Shown: positions 1 through 16,565 of the stretch, one piece after another
Layout of the letters: every line of letters starts with the position of its first letter
Numbering within the stretch: the stretch's first letter is position 1
From: Tubiluchus corallicola
Taxonomy: Eukaryota; Animalia; Priapulida
Reading direction: 5' to 3'
DNA length: 64,000 bases
NCBI GenBank assembly: GCA_030141605.1
Contig: JAQGDQ010000782.1
Coordinates: 1-64,000 of the forward strand
Notes under the pieces: model-generated
What the model was told of the DNA's origin: nothing
The model's database searches: none
What the model saw: only the letters and a program-made list of their open reading frames with translations
Position numbers and translations under genes: made by a program

Positions 1-1200
1 CATCTCTACTAGTATGATGTAAAATAAAAAAATATGTTTTCAAGACAGGTAAACACAGCAATAATCCAGCAAAGAAAACTATACGCTGCTGTGTCAGCAC
101 AACTTACGAAAACCTAAAAACTAAAAAAAATCTTACAAAAAACAAGATTTTCCTGAAATTCTTGGTGAAAAGTTAGCGAAATTCGTGAGAAACTACTGAC
201 CTGAAGAGAGGGGCAGAAGTACAAACATTCCAATTGTAAAAACACTTCCATACATGAGAGTAGCCATTGGCTTAACAAAACGCACTAGTTGTAACTCCTG
301 GAAGTTCTCCAGCAAATAGGTTTACTTCCGCATCCGTGGAATTAAGATTTCTTTGTGATCAGTTACAGCTCCTGTCTGTGAATTAATAACAAGCTCATTT
401 TTCACAAATTAACATAATTTTCAACTTAATTTTTACATTAAATTCTTTTGTCTGTTACAAGTTTTTTTTTAGGTCAAAGCTACAACAAATTATCGAGCTA
501 ATTAAAAACTGGCCAAAAATATCGGTAAAAAAATTTCAACTTACATTACACCTTGTTGAATGACAAAGTTTGCCTCAAATATCAAAACGCACAAACCAAT
601 TAATTTGTTCCTCAGTTTAAATTTATGCTTGAAATAATCTTTTGTGCAAAAGTAGTAAAGCCTTTCTAGCTGAAAGTAGACGCACACAGTATCTTGGAGT
701 TTCGAATTTGGGCTGGTAAGTTAAATATTCTATCAAAAACACAATGCACAAATACGCTCTACGAGTCATTCTAAGTCAACGATGGAATTTCTATTTTACT
801 CCACAAAATTTGAAAAGCTAAAATTCCAAATAGGCCTTCTAATAGGTGTATTATTGCTCTAAATAGAATGGAGTCGTTTTCGTCAAAACATTCAACACTT
901 CTGATACAATTCATTCTTTGAACGTCATTACTTATTGCGCCAGTCCAATAGCAATACCTATAGTATAAGAAGTCCACTAGATATAGCAGGATTTGTAGTT
1001 CACGTTTCTCGAAGAATGTAGCGTCAAAACACTGGGCAAAGGAGGTCAGCTGACGCAGGACTGAACGCGACATTGTCTGACCCTCACATGGAATTCCCTG
1101 CACACGGCAACTTTTGTACTTAGCAAATCGTGTAATTTGTAGCATCAGTAAACAATCATAATCATCGTTATTCATTCAATCTTACGTTCATGGACAGAAT

Positions 1201-3000
1201 GTAGGTAAAATGGCACAGGAAAAAATGGCACAGTAAAGTGGCACAGGAAAAGTGGCACAAATGATAAAGTAGATGAAATAGTATAGGTAAATGTGACACA
1301 GTAAAAGTGGCACAGGAAAAGTGGCACAAATGATAAAGTAGATGAAATAATAAAGGTAAAAATGGCACAGTAAAAGTAGCACAGGAAAAGAATGACACAG
1401 GAGAATGACACAAATGATAAAGTGGATGAGATAGTAAAGGTAAAAATGACACAGGAAAATATGGCAGAGTAAAAATGGCACAGGAAAATATGGCAGAGTA
1501 AAAATGGCACAGGAAAATATGGCAGAATAAAAATGGCACAGGAAAATATGGCAGAGTAAAAATGGCACAGGAAAATATGGCAGAGTAAAAACGGCACGAG
1601 AAAATATGGCAGAGTAAAAATGGCACAGGAAAATATGGCAGAGTAAAAATGGCACAGGAAAATATGGCAGAGAAAAAATGGCTCAAGAACATATGGCAGA
1701 GTAAAATGGCACAGGAAAATATGGCAGAGTAAAAATGGCACAGGAAAATATGGCAGAGTGAAAATGGCACAAGAAAATATGGCAGAGTAAAAATGGCACA
1801 GGAACATATGGCAGAGTAAAAGTGGCACAGGAAAATATGGTGTGGTAAAAGTGGCACAGGAAAAGAATGACACGCGAAAATGGCACAAATGATAAAGGTA
1901 AAAATGACACAGGAAAATATGGCAGAGTAAAAATGGCACAGGAAAATATGGCAGAGAAAAAATGGCTCAAGAACATATGGCAGAGTAAAATGGCACAGGA
2001 AAATATGGCAGAGTAAAAATGGCACAGGAAAATATGGCAGAGTGAAAATGGCACAGGAAAATATGGCAGAGTAAAAATGGCACAGGAACATATGGCAGAG
2101 TAAAAGTGGCACAGGAAAATATGGTGTGGTAAAAGTGGCACAGGAAAAGAATGACACGCGAAAATGGCACAAATGATAAAGGTAAAAATGACACAGGAAA
2201 ATATGGCAGAGTAAAAATGGCACTGGAAAATATGGCAGAGTAAAAATGGCACAGGGAAATATGGCAGAGAAAAAATGGCTCAAGAACATATGGCAGAGTA
2301 AAAATGGCACAGGCAAATATGGCAGAGTAAAAATGGCACAGGAACATATGGCAGAGTAAAAATGGTACAGGAAAATATGGCAGAGTAAAAATGGCACAGG
2401 AACATATGGCAGAGTAAAAATGGCACAGGAAAATATGGCAGAGTAAAAATGGCACAGGAAAATATGGCAGAGTGAAAATGGCACAGGAAAAGAATGACAA
2501 CCGAAAATGGCACAAATGATAAAGGTAAAAATGACACAGGAAAATATGGCAGAGTAAAAATGGCACTGGAAAATATGGCAGAGTAAAAATGGCACAGGGA
2601 AATATGGCAGAGTAAAAATGGCACGGGAAAATATGGCAGAGTAAAAATGGCACAGGAAAATATGGCAGAGAAAAAATGGCACAGGAACATATGGCAAAGT
2701 AAAAATGGCACAGGCAAATATGGCAGAGTAAAAATGGCACAGGAACATATCGCAGAGTAAAAATGGCACAGGCACATATGGCAGAGTAAAATGGCACAGA
2801 AAAATATGGCAGAGTAAAAATGGCACAAGAAAATATGGCAGAGAAAAAAATGGCACAGGAACATATGGCAGAGTAAAAATGGCACAGGAAAATATGGCAG
2901 AGTAAAAATGGCACAGGAAATTATGGCAGAGTAAAAATGGAACAGGAAAAAATTGCAGGAAAAACGACACAAATGGAAATTTGGGTAAAAATGGCACAGA
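1201..3000. repeat. 29-bp satellite (AAAAATGGCACAGGAAAATATGGCAGAGT) with ~290-310 bp higher-order blocks
   Basis: Direct periodicity; variant unit GGCTCAAGAACA recurs near 1680, 1965 and 2277. Confidence 0.95.
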
Positions 3001-3071
3001 AGAAATGGTACGCTTAGTAAAATATTTGTTTACGGTTAGGGTTATAGTGGGGAATAATTATTTTGACTATT

Positions 3072-3240
3072 TTTACCTCCGCTAAGGAAGTGATGCTTCA
3101 AGTTTGTTTGTTTGTCTGTTTGTCTGGATACGTTTTGTCTGTTATGGCAGTTAGCCTATTACGCATAAGCTGTATAACAAATTTCCCAGAAACTTTGTGA
3201 AAAGAGGGTCGGATACAAGGGGGGGGTACCAAAATTTGTT
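3072..3240. mobile_element. Helentron/HINE-like non-autonomous fragment
   Basis: TTACCTCCGCTAAGGAAG followed by a GTTT/GTCT microsatellite. Confidence 0.5.
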
Positions 3241-3545
3241 TAGCCTGATAATGACTTGTGGTAACGCGCAAGCTTTCAATCTTGGAGGCCCTGAGTTCGA
3301 TACACCGGCTGGGTCATACCGAAGACTTTAAAATGGTACCTGCTGTTGCCCTGCCTGGCGCAAGGTATTTAGGGCAAAAGTGGGGTAATAATAGTCTCTG
3401 TTATGTAGTTGTAGGTTGTTATTTACAGTCGGTGATAATAGCTCTTTGAGCTAATGTTAATTACAGTCGGCGATAATAGCTCTTTGAGCTAATGTTAATT
3501 GTTGACCCAAAAGCCGACTTTAAATAAAGATTATTATTATTATTA
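3241..3545 (+). mobile_element. tRNA-derived SINE with Meta/MESC-type core
   Basis: B-box GAGTTCGATAC, core GGGTCATACCGAAGACTTTAAAATGGTACCTGCTG, AATAAA and (ATT)n tail. Confidence 0.75.
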
Positions 3546-3619
3546 AGGTGACTCGGTAGGTATATATTTGTCAGTCTATTACAATGAATAAAATTAAAGG
3601 TTAAAAAGGTAAATAAACG

Positions 3620-5370
<1,751 letters not shown>

Positions 5371-5974
5371 ATAGCATTTATCTAACTATGACATTTATCT
5401 AATCTAATTTGTAAATCTAATTATTTATCTAATTAAAAGAAATGCAGAAAACGAAAGGTGGAAAGGCTGGCGGACATTGAACAGCAAAGAGATCCGCTGA
5501 TGATGCATTTGCAACCAGATCAGAATTATGGATGTGAAGATGAGGAAGCTAGTGAAATAGATGAGTAGGTGAAAAAGAGGATTGAGATTTCTATGATGCA
5601 TTTGCAACCAGATCAGAGTTATGGTTGTGAAGATGAGGAAGCTAGTGAAACAGATGAGTAGGTGAAAAAGAGGATTTGGATGATGATAAGTCAAGCCAAG
5701 AGTAACAGAAATTGCAAAAATTTGATTGCTTTTGCAGACCCGGGACGTACAATAATGTCATAGTTAAATTCAATTTCAATTAACAGAAGCTGTATATAGG
5801 TAATAAACTACACCTAATTAGTGAATTAAAATACGTGTATAAGCTTTTCACAATTTTTTGGTTTTTGGTTTTCTGGAGTAGTCAATGAGAGTTGATCCGG
5901 AGGTTTAGTAAAACGTCTGAACTCAGTGAGAGTCAGAAAATTCCAAATAAGTGAACTGAGTAACACGTGTGGTA

Positions 5975-6011
5975 CTGCTGCTGCTGCTGTTGTTGTTGTT
6001 GCTGCTGCTGC

Positions 6012-6045
<34 letters not shown>

Positions 6046-6067
6046 GCTGTTGTTGTTGTTGTTGTTG

Positions 6068-6100
<33 letters not shown>

Positions 6101-6555
6101 TTGTTGTTGTTGCTGTTGCTGTTGTTGCTGCTGCTGCTGTCGTCGTCGTCTTTGCTATTGTTGTTGGATGTTGTTAGTGTTGATTTATTTTTGCTGTTGT
6201 TATTGTTGTTGTTGTTGTTGCTGTTGCTGCTGTCGTCGTCTTTGCTATTGTTGATGGATGTTGTTAGTGTTGAGATATTTTTGCTGCTGTTGTTGCTGTT
6301 GCTGTTGTTGTTGCTGCTGCTGCTGTTCTTGTTGTTCTTGTAGTCGTCGTCGTCTTTGCTATTGTTGATGGATGTTGTTAGTGTTGAAATATTTTTGCTG
6401 CTGTTGTTGCTGTTGCTGTTGTTGTTGCTGCTGTTGTTCTTGTTGTTCTTGTAGTCGTCGTCGTCTTCGCTATTGTTGTTGGATGTTGTTAGTGTTGAGT
6501 TGATGTCGTTGCTGCTGCTGCTGCTGCTGTTGTTGTTGTCGTCGTCGTCGTCGAA
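5975..6555. repeat. Compound GTT/GCT/GTC trinucleotide repeat with larger repeated blocks
   Basis: Direct reading. Confidence 0.95.
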
Positions 6556-6930
6556 ATAAACAGTATGGAAATATATAAACTTATCTGTCTTATCAATGCT
6601 CCTGTTGATGATGCTAATGACGTTAGTAAATGTGGTGCTTGAGCAGTAGCAACAGCAGCAATAAACGCTCACCATACATTTACAAGTCATTATCAACCTT
6701 GCCTGATTATAATCATCGGTCTGGTGGTGTTTACCTGAACTAATTTCCTGCTGGCGTCACCCCGGTTCTACTTGGCTGCCCCACACGGCAGCAGCTATAA
6801 ACTAGTCGACTGTTTGAGTTTTAGCAGTTTCGGTAAAGTTATTGTCTTGTGAGTATCCGGTGAGTTCCGAGCACGCGAAGATGATTTAACCCTGGTGACC
6901 CGGATTGTTGTAGTCAAAATGGGGCAAAAA

Positions 6931-6988
6931 ATGTTCCTACGCCTCTGTTGTTTATTACTGGTGTTGATCGTCGTGTCGTTAGCGCAAG
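6931..6988 (+). CDS. Possible signal-peptide exon of an unresolved gene
   Basis: MFLRLCCLLLVLIVVSLAQ followed by AG|gtaaga donor (phase 1); no partner exons assigned. Confidence 0.3.
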
Positions 6989-7029
6989 GTAAGAAACTTA
7001 AACTCTTTAAGACTTTTCAAACGTCAGTA

Positions 7030-7557
7030 AAAAGAATTATTACCACACAAACAAAATTTCACGTTCGCGCCACTAGTTGTTCCCTGTTACATGCATTTCG
7101 TCATTCGATAGTTAAACGGGCACTAGCGCCTGCATTTCTGAAACTCATTGCACAAGAAACAGGTGCTCTACCTCTCAGTTCAGGTGTGTTAGTTTGTGAC
7201 GAATTACACACGTTTCACAGCTTATGCGTGAGCACAGCGGGTAAATTTTGAATCTGAATTTTTATATTAAAACTTGCCTAGTTTTAGTACAAGACACTGA
7301 ATATCTTACAGTACCATTGTACTGCAATTTTCGTTGTCATAAACACGTGCAACACGCTCGTAGAATATTTTTGCTGTTGAAAATTATGTTAGTTTGTGAT
7401 GTCATCACTAGTTTGGATAGCCGGCCGTTAATTAAGTTTCCAATCTATTATTGAATTATGAGAAACGCTTTTACAGTATTAATTATGTTAAAATGTATAC
7501 TTTCTATCTTTCTTGAAAATGAGGTAGTTTATAAAAAATCATCCTGTCTTTCTTTAA
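7030..7557 (-). mobile_element. MITE family A copy (partial)
   Basis: Reverse complement of 58267-58800. Confidence 0.8.
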
Positions 7558-8589
7558 AAGAGATAAATAATCATGTCTATGTATATACCTAACTTTCATT
7601 TCAATAATTGTATAATCAACCATATTTCCATACCTGTCCAATCTGTCCACATCGCAGGTATGTTTAAACGTAGACCACTTTTTGTTTGAGTTTATCATTG
7701 AACAGTTTGGACAGCTATTTGGATCACGCATTTTGTAACTAATGTAAACATAATATCTACTAATACATATGCTGTCGGAAAGACTGTAGATTAAGCATAA
7801 ACAGGCGGGTGTTTTAGCACCACTAAGGGTGTACATTATGGGTGCACCGCACCACACCGCACAACGCAGTAATAGTTTATTGACAATAAGACTTCATTGT
7901 CCAAGTGATTTATGATGATCATGAAAAGGTCAAAGGTTAAGTGCAGCTGACAACACATCTGTGTACACTTCACAATGCCTTGCAGCCCATGGTTTTGTAA
8001 TTGTAAGAGTTTTAACATCTAGCAAGAACCTTACCTAGTTCATTTTTTCTTGTTGCCAAGCAAGACCCTGCTAGCAAATCGCCTTACGCACATACTAATG
8101 TGTAGTTAAGCAAAGTCCACGTAAAACAACTGGCACTTATGGAACTCATGCCGCGGACAGCTTTGCTTTACTCACACGTCACGTGCCGGTTGTAGTTAAC
8201 ACGCGTTGCTGTGGTACCCTTAACGTTTGACCTACAGCAACTGCGCGTACGGACAGCAGAACTGTGAAAACGTTTATTCTCTTTCGAAAGCTCGTGTATT
8301 GTAAAATCAACAAACGCATGCTCGCGGCTAATTTGAGTACACCGTAAATTTAAAATTCGGTATTTTAAGGACGTTGAAAATCACGGCTGTACATTGTAAA
8401 GAATGCGAGATTAAACAATACAAGGTGAACGAACGTTTATATATCAATAATGCAACCAATACAATGGCTATAGTTGACAACAACATGGCGCTTCTATATT
8501 GCTTACATTTCAATGCAGATTTGGACCACCAGCAGAGCACTTTCACATGCCAACTAGAAATATACATTAAATTATACTATACGATATTA

Positions 8590-9370
<781 letters not shown>

Positions 9371-9869
9371 ATATTATAATGAAATCCAGCATTCTATTAC
9401 CAGACTACAATTGAACACGGCATAAGTTCGTGACAACAACCACCTTCTCAAAATAATAATTGACTTTTAAAAGCTAGCCGACTGTTGCTGATGCGAGGGT
9501 GTATCAAAACATGAGCAGTTAATAAGTACCATGTTGTTCTCAGCAATAGCCATTGTAATGGTTGCATTGCTGAGCACAAACACAATGAGTTATATTTGTA
9601 TTTGCGCTATCCAGGCCAATTCGCGAGTAATTTTTTATACATTTCGGCCCTTCTGCACGCTGTAAACTGGAATCCATTATTCAAATAAGGCGTCGCCGTT
9701 GCTTGTGGCAGTACTGGAGACTGGCTCATTATCAAGACTATTTCGCCAGGATGAGCCATTGCAACAAAAAACAGCTAACCTAATAGTAAGTGTGATGCAA
9801 AATTGAGTAAGAATCGACTTTAGCTATTAATGAGGGGGAACACGACCTAAATTTATTTTGAATATTGAT

Positions 9870-10290
9870 ATAATATAATATAATGTAATGTAATGTAATG
9901 TAATATATGATATGATATGATATGATATCATATGATATGATATGATATGATATGATATGATATGATATGATATGATATGATATGATATGATATGATATGA
10001 TATGATATGATATGATATGATATGATATGATATGATATGATATGATATGATATAACACAACAAAACACAACACACTACACTACAATACAATACAATACAA
10101 TACAATACAATACAATACAATACAATACAATACAATACAATACAATACAATACAATACAATACAATGCAATGCAATGCAATGCAATACAATACAATACAA
10201 TACAATACAATACAATACAATACAATACAATACAATACAATACAATACAATACAATACAATACAACACAACACAACATAACATAATATAA
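9870..10290. repeat. Pentanucleotide microsatellite (ATATG)n then (ATACA)n
   Basis: Direct reading. Confidence 0.95.
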
Positions 10291-10771
10291 TAAGATGCTT
10301 TAAGTATTCAAAAAAGGAGGCGACACATGTTACCTGCTCCAGGGCAGCTCCTCTTAAACTTCGTAAAAGATTAAAACAGCTAAACGACATGACTTTCACA
10401 CAAACATAATAAATGTGTACAAAGGAGGTGGGAGCAGGTGTGTTTTGCACAGGTACTTTCAAGTGATAAATAATCAATTAGCAACCTTTTAGCCCGTCAT
10501 CCCAAGTGACGTTGATTTGTTGACGTTTTTTTCTCTCTTTCACTTAACAGTGTGTCAAACTACAGCAGTGGGAAAATTAAAATTCCTTGTTCGTCTGCCT
10601 CAAGGGTGTTTTCATTTTTCGCCCCGCCTGTGAGTTTCAAGGTCGCTGCTGTATTACCTGTAGTTTTCTGCTCTGTCATTATCACCTGTTTTGTTGATAT
10701 GATGCATATTTTTGCAGCGTTGTCCTTGGTAATGAGAATTATAGCTTTTATTGCTGGAGAATTGGACACGT

Positions 10772-11900
10772 GATTGTATCAATTTGGTGTGTGTCATTGC
10801 ATCAATGTGATAGCATCAGTTTGGTGTGTGTCATTGTATCAATGTGATTGCATCAGTTTGGTGTGTGTCATTGTATCAATGTGATTCTATCAGTTTGGTT
10901 TGTGTCATTGTATCAATGCGATTGTTGTATCAATTTGGTGTGTATCATTTCATCAATGTGATTGCATCAGTTTGGTGTGTGTCATTGTATCAGTGTGACT
11001 GTATCAGTTTGGTGTGTGTTATTGTATCAATGTGATTCTATCAGTTTGGTGTGTGTCATTTTATCAATGTGATTCTATCAGTTTGGTGTGTGTTATTGTA
11101 TTAATGTGATTGTATCAGTTTGGTGTGTGTTATTGTATCAGTGTGACCGTATCAATTTGGTGTGTGTCATTTTATCAATGTGATTCTATCAGTTTGGTGT
11201 GTGTCACTGTATCAATGTGATTCTATCAGTTTGGTGTGTGTTATTGTATCAGTGTGACTGTATCAGTTTGGTGTGTGTTATTGTATCAGTGTGACTGTAT
11301 CAATTTGGTGTGTGTCATTGTATCAGTGTGACTGTATCAATTTGGTGTGTGTCATTGTATCAATGTGATTCTATCAGTTTGGTGTGTGTTATTGTATCAG
11401 TGTGACTGTATCAATTTGGTGTGTGTCATTGTATCAGTTTGGTTTGTGTCATTATATCAATGTGATTCTAACAGTTTGGTTTGTGTAATTGTATCAATGT
11501 AATTGTATCAGTTTGGTGTGTGTCATTGTATCAATGTGATTCTAACAGTTTGGTTTGTGTAATTGTATCAATGTAATTGTATCAGTTTGGTGTGTGTCAT
11601 TGTATCAATGTGATTCTAACAGTTTGGTGTGTGTCATTGTATCAAAGTGATTGTATCAATTTGGTGTGTGTCATTGTATCAATGTGATTCTATCAGTTTT
11701 TTGTGTGTTATTGTATCAGTGTGACTGTATCAATTTGATGCGTGTCATTGTATCAGTTTGGTTTGTGTCATTATATCAATGTGATTCTAACAATTTGGTT
11801 TGTGTAATTGTATCAATGTAATTGTATCAGTTTGGTGTGTGTTATTGTATCAATGTAATTGTATCAGTTTGGTGTGTATGGCATTGCATCAATTTGGTGT
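10772..11900. repeat. 37-bp minisatellite (ATTGTATCAATGTGATTCTATCAGTTTGGTGTGTGTC)
   Basis: Direct periodicity. Confidence 0.95.
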
Positions 11901-12000
11901 GGTGGATCTGATGACTGTTTATAGATACCACGTGAAGTATTGTCTTTACCAACAGGTCCTCAAAAAGTGCTTGTGGACTCTCATTTTTACCTTTTAGAGG

Positions 12001-12551
12001 TTGAAGGAACACAGGATGATTTTTCACATACTTCCCCACTTTCAATTCTGATAAAAGTTTACATTTTAGTACATTTAGTAGCCTACTGTGAGAGCGTTTC
12101 TGATAATTAAATAATAGATTAAAAACTTCATTAACGCCGGGTGAGCCCAACTATTGATGACATAATTTTCAACAGCAAAAATATTCACGTGTTTGCAAAA
12201 GCAAAAATTGAAGTACAGTACTACTGTAAGATATTCAGTGTGTGTACTAAAACTAGGCAAGTTTTAAGATAAATATTCGAATTTCAAATTTACTCCTGTC
12301 CTAACACATCTGAACTGAGAGGTACAGCATCTGTTTTTGTGCAGTGCGTTTCTGAAATGCAGGCGCTGTGCCCGTCTAGCTAACGAATGGCGTACTAATA
12401 ACGAACTAACTGAAGGCAAAGAACTAGTGACGTTAACGTGAAATTATATTTATGTGGTAATTTTTGAAAAAAATAGTGTGTTTCCTTTCAATATTTTAAA
12501 GAGTAGATTGTTTAGACTTACAGTGTTAGATTGAGTCCGGTTTTGCTTTAA
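12001..12551 (+). mobile_element. MITE family A copy
   Basis: Same termini and body as 58267-58894. Confidence 0.8.
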
Positions 12552-13792
12552 ACATTTTGAAACTAGAGGAAAATAGAGAGAGAGAGTGAGTGACGGACAG
12601 AGAGAGAGGGAGAGAGTGAGAGAAAAAGAGAGAGAGGGAGAGAGAGATAGATAGATAGAAAGAGAGAGAAAGACGGACAGAGAGCGAGCGAGAGAGGGGG
12701 GAGAGAGAGAGGGAGGGAGAGACGGACAGAGAGAGAGAGAGGGGGGAGGGAGAGAGACGGAGAGAGAGAGGGGGGGGAGAGGGTAGAGAGAGAAGAAAAC
12801 AAACAATCTATCTTTAACTAAGTCGATTTGCCACATACAAGCCTTCTGGTAAAACGTGGTTTTCTAAGAAGACAGAAATTCTTCCTAAGCTTGCCTGTCG
12901 TTGCCATTTGACCAACACAAGCAATCTTTCATGAATTAGCCAAGCATTTTGGCCTAACAAGCAAGCTTATACCTAAATCACCTCACCTATTAGAAGCACA
13001 GATTATGGAAAGTTAATTCACGTTCAACCCGCACAATTTCGATATCACTTACATACTTTGCCAGATTAACCCATTTAGCTACGGCGCCTTTACAATGGTC
13101 TGTATTATAAAACTCATACTGTACGATTACTATTCATGTCAGAGAGACAGACGCATGCGCAAAGCAGGAACATTTTATGCACAGCGCGGCTTTTGTTAAA
13201 AAAGTCTTGTTCAGAGAGCGAGCATAGAAAGTCACTGTGTATGATGAACTATAATCAGTCACAAACCTGTTATTGTTATAGACAGTAATGTCAACCTTGT
13301 TGCTCTGCTAATTCGTATAATGACTTTCACTATTCGCGAAAAAACAAAATGGCGTTTCCATTTTGGCTCCAATAATGTAAAATCGTTTATTCTAACCGCC
13401 ACGCTTGTAATTTTTACATCAAGGGGCTCTTGATCATCAAGCAGGATTTAAAAAATGTCTGGCATGCTTACGAAGTACGGTTCAGAGCAGATATTTCATT
13501 CTTTGAAATATCAGTAAATTATACGCTGTTATACGATTACTGAATTAGTATACCACACCATTGTCCAGGGGGCGTTTGCCCTGGCTTTTCTAGGTTTCGA
13601 TTCTTTCTTTCTTAACAACCGGAAACGATGAACGAGACGTTTGAACTGGTAACACAATAGTCGATATTTATACACAAATGTCTGATATCCATCTGCGGTT
13701 TTCTTTCTTTCTCGTTGCTCTCTAATCTGCTGGTCTGTCTTGTGGAAAATAAGCGCCGTTTTATCATAATCATGGCTTTATTTGTTAGCCAC

Positions 13793-14995
13793 TGTTACTT
13801 GATTTTCAAGTTTCTGAAATCAACAATTTCTTGATTTTTAAGTCACTGAGTTCCACAGTTTTTAATTTTCAAGTCACTGAGATCGACAGTTATTGATTTT
13901 CAACTCTGAGATCAACAGTTACTTGATTTTCAAGGCTCTGTGAACGGAAGTTACTTGGTTTTCAACTCTGTGAGATCAACAGTTACTTGAGTTATAAGGC
14001 TCTGTGAACGGAAGTTACTTGATTTTCAACTCTCTGAGATCGACTGTTACTTGATTTTCAAGACTCTGTGATCGGAAGTTACTTGATTTTCAACTCTCTG
14101 AGATCAACACTTACTTGATTTTCATCTCTGTGAGATTAACAGTTACTTGATTTTCAAGACTCTGTGATCGGAAGTTACTTGATTTTCAACTCTCTGAGAT
14201 CAACAGTTACTTGATTTTCAACTCTGTGAGATCGACAGTTACTTGATTTTCAACTCTCTGAGATCAACAGTTACTTGATTTTCAAGTCTCTGAGATTAAC
14301 AGTTACTTGATTTTCAAGACTCTGTAAACGGAAGTTACTTGATTTTCAACTCTGTGAGATTAACAGTTACTTGATTTTCAAGACTCTGTGATCGGAAGTT
14401 ACTTTATTTTCAACTCTCTGAGATCAACTGTTACTTGATTTTCAACTCTGTGAGATCAACAGTTACTTAATTTTCAACTCTGTGAGATCAACAGTTACTT
14501 GATTTTCAACTCTCTGAGATCAACAGTTACTTGATTTTCAACTCTGTGAGATCAACAGTTACTTAATTTTCAACTCTGTGAGATTAACAGTTACTTGATT
14601 TTCAAGACTCTGTAAACGGAAGTTACTTGATTTTCAACTCTGTGAGATCAACAGTTACTTGATTTTCAACTCTGTGAGATCAACAGTTACTTGATTTTCA
14701 ACTCTCTGAGATCAACACTTACTTGATTTTCAAGACTCTGAGAGATCAACACTTACTTGATTTTCAACTCTCTGAGATCATCAGTTACTTGATTTTCAAC
14801 TCTGTGAGATCAACAGTTACTTGATTTTCAACTCTCTGAGATCAACAGTTACTTGATTTTCAACTCTGTGAGATCGACAGCTACTTAATTTTCATCTCTC
14901 TGAGATCAACAGTTACTTAATTTTCAACTCTCTGAGATCAACACTTACTTGATTTTCAAGACACTGAGATCCACAATTTCTTAATTTTCAAGTCT
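13793..14995. repeat. 32-33 bp minisatellite (AGTTACTTGATTTTCAACTCTGTGAGATCAAC)
   Basis: Direct periodicity. Confidence 0.95.
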
Positions 14996-15506
14996 ATGAG
15001 GCGAATAATTTGGGTTCAAAGCTACAGGTCAAATTCGCCACTGAATCAGTATTATCAATCATGGTGTGAAACATGCAGAACATTTAACTCACTTCACGTT
15101 AATCATATGCAAAAGAAACTTATGCTGATTTAGACCAATTATTACTGCTCTGTTTCCTACTCACGGCTTAACAGTTTAATAAGCAGGTTGCTGAGGATTA
15201 TTCATTGTTTCCTGTAAAAGCTCAACACGGCAATTTAACTTCACACGTCGCTTCACTTAGAAACACAAGCACAAAGGCTTACAGAGGCTGATTTACACTT
15301 TTCCGACATTTTAATTAGTTTGTTGGCCAATTTGAGAACAGACACATTGATAATATTTTGATTTTAATAACCCTGTGACTTTTCACCGTTGATGGTAAAG
15401 CGAATTTGTCAGAATGAACACAAATTTTTGACTTCTATTCCAAGGCTTTAGAATTAGTAGGAATTTATAGTAAAACTTGTGTGATGTCGTTATAATGTTA
15501 ATTTAG

Positions 15507-15567
15507 CATCATTATCATCATCGTTATCGTCGTCATCGTCGTCATCATTATCATCATCATCGTCGTA

Positions 15568-15598
<31 letters not shown>

Positions 15599-15925
15599 TC
15601 ATCATCATGATCATCACCACCACCACCATCATCATCATCATTGTCTTCGTCATCGTCATCATCATCGTCGTCATCATCGTCATCATCATCATCATTATCT
15701 TCATCGTCGTCGTCGTCATCATTATCGTCATCATAGTCGTCCTCGTCCTCATCATCGTCATCATCGTCGTCGTCGTCGTTATCGTCATCATCATCATCAT
15801 TGTCTCGTCATCATCATCACCATCGTCGTCGTCGTAGTCGTCGACGTTATTATCATTATCGTCATCATCGTCATCATCATCGTCGTCGTCGTCATCATCA
15901 TCACCGTCACCATCATCATCATCAT
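15507..15925. repeat. (CAT/CGT)n microsatellite
   Basis: Direct reading. Confidence 0.95.
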
Positions 15926-16565
15926 GGTTATTGTGTCACTGGGCTATGTGAATGACCAGCTAGTGTTGCATGATTATGGCTATTACAGTTGCTTATTGAA
16001 GGCGTAATTAGCCACATTTAGCCCAAGATAAGATACGTAGCGTTGATGAGTAGAGCAGTAAGACGATAATCGAACTCGTTTATCAGGAATAGTACTGCAG
16101 TGAATTTTTATATTTAATTATTGCTGATAAATGGAGTAAATATGACGACCGGCTTTAATCTGCTGAGAAAAATTGGCAATTGAAAAAAGCGACTTGATGT
16201 CTGCTGGATTCGAACTCATGCTAGACATACAAAAATAGTAAATTTGTTAGTACATTATGTTTTGTAGTGACTTTGAGCGCCACCTTTCAATAGCAACATT
16301 TCAAATTAATTACAATAATTAGGGAATTACAAGCACTTCTACCTGTAATTAATACAGTTGCGCGCCTGCGTACATGTTTTCATAACATCTTGTAAAAACA
16401 TGGCGTAGAGAATTCACTTTTATTCGTATTGCAAGAATTGTTACTCGTTTCAGCTTGTATTATAGCAGCAGGCTCAGTCTCGGTACTAGCGTGTTGTTAT
16501 TAAAATGTAATGAATGGTGTTGATCTAGTAATTAAATGAAGAGAACAAAAACGTGATTGAATTGA

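Noticed and set aside
771-1175. 134-aa minus ORF, possibly a MULE-type transposase remnant
   Set aside because: Only vague resemblance, no catalytic motif recognised; needs BLASTx
1168-2997. 609-aa and overlapping Cys/Phe/His-rich ORFs
   Set aside because: Translations of the 29-bp satellite, open in all minus frames
6673-6800. Minus frame with in-frame TGA (selenoprotein?) ending at a GTGAGC donor
   Set aside because: No start, no recognisable family, no SECIS identified
13793-14995. 32-bp repeats resembling a CRISPR array
   Set aside because: No unique spacers; contiguous tandem units
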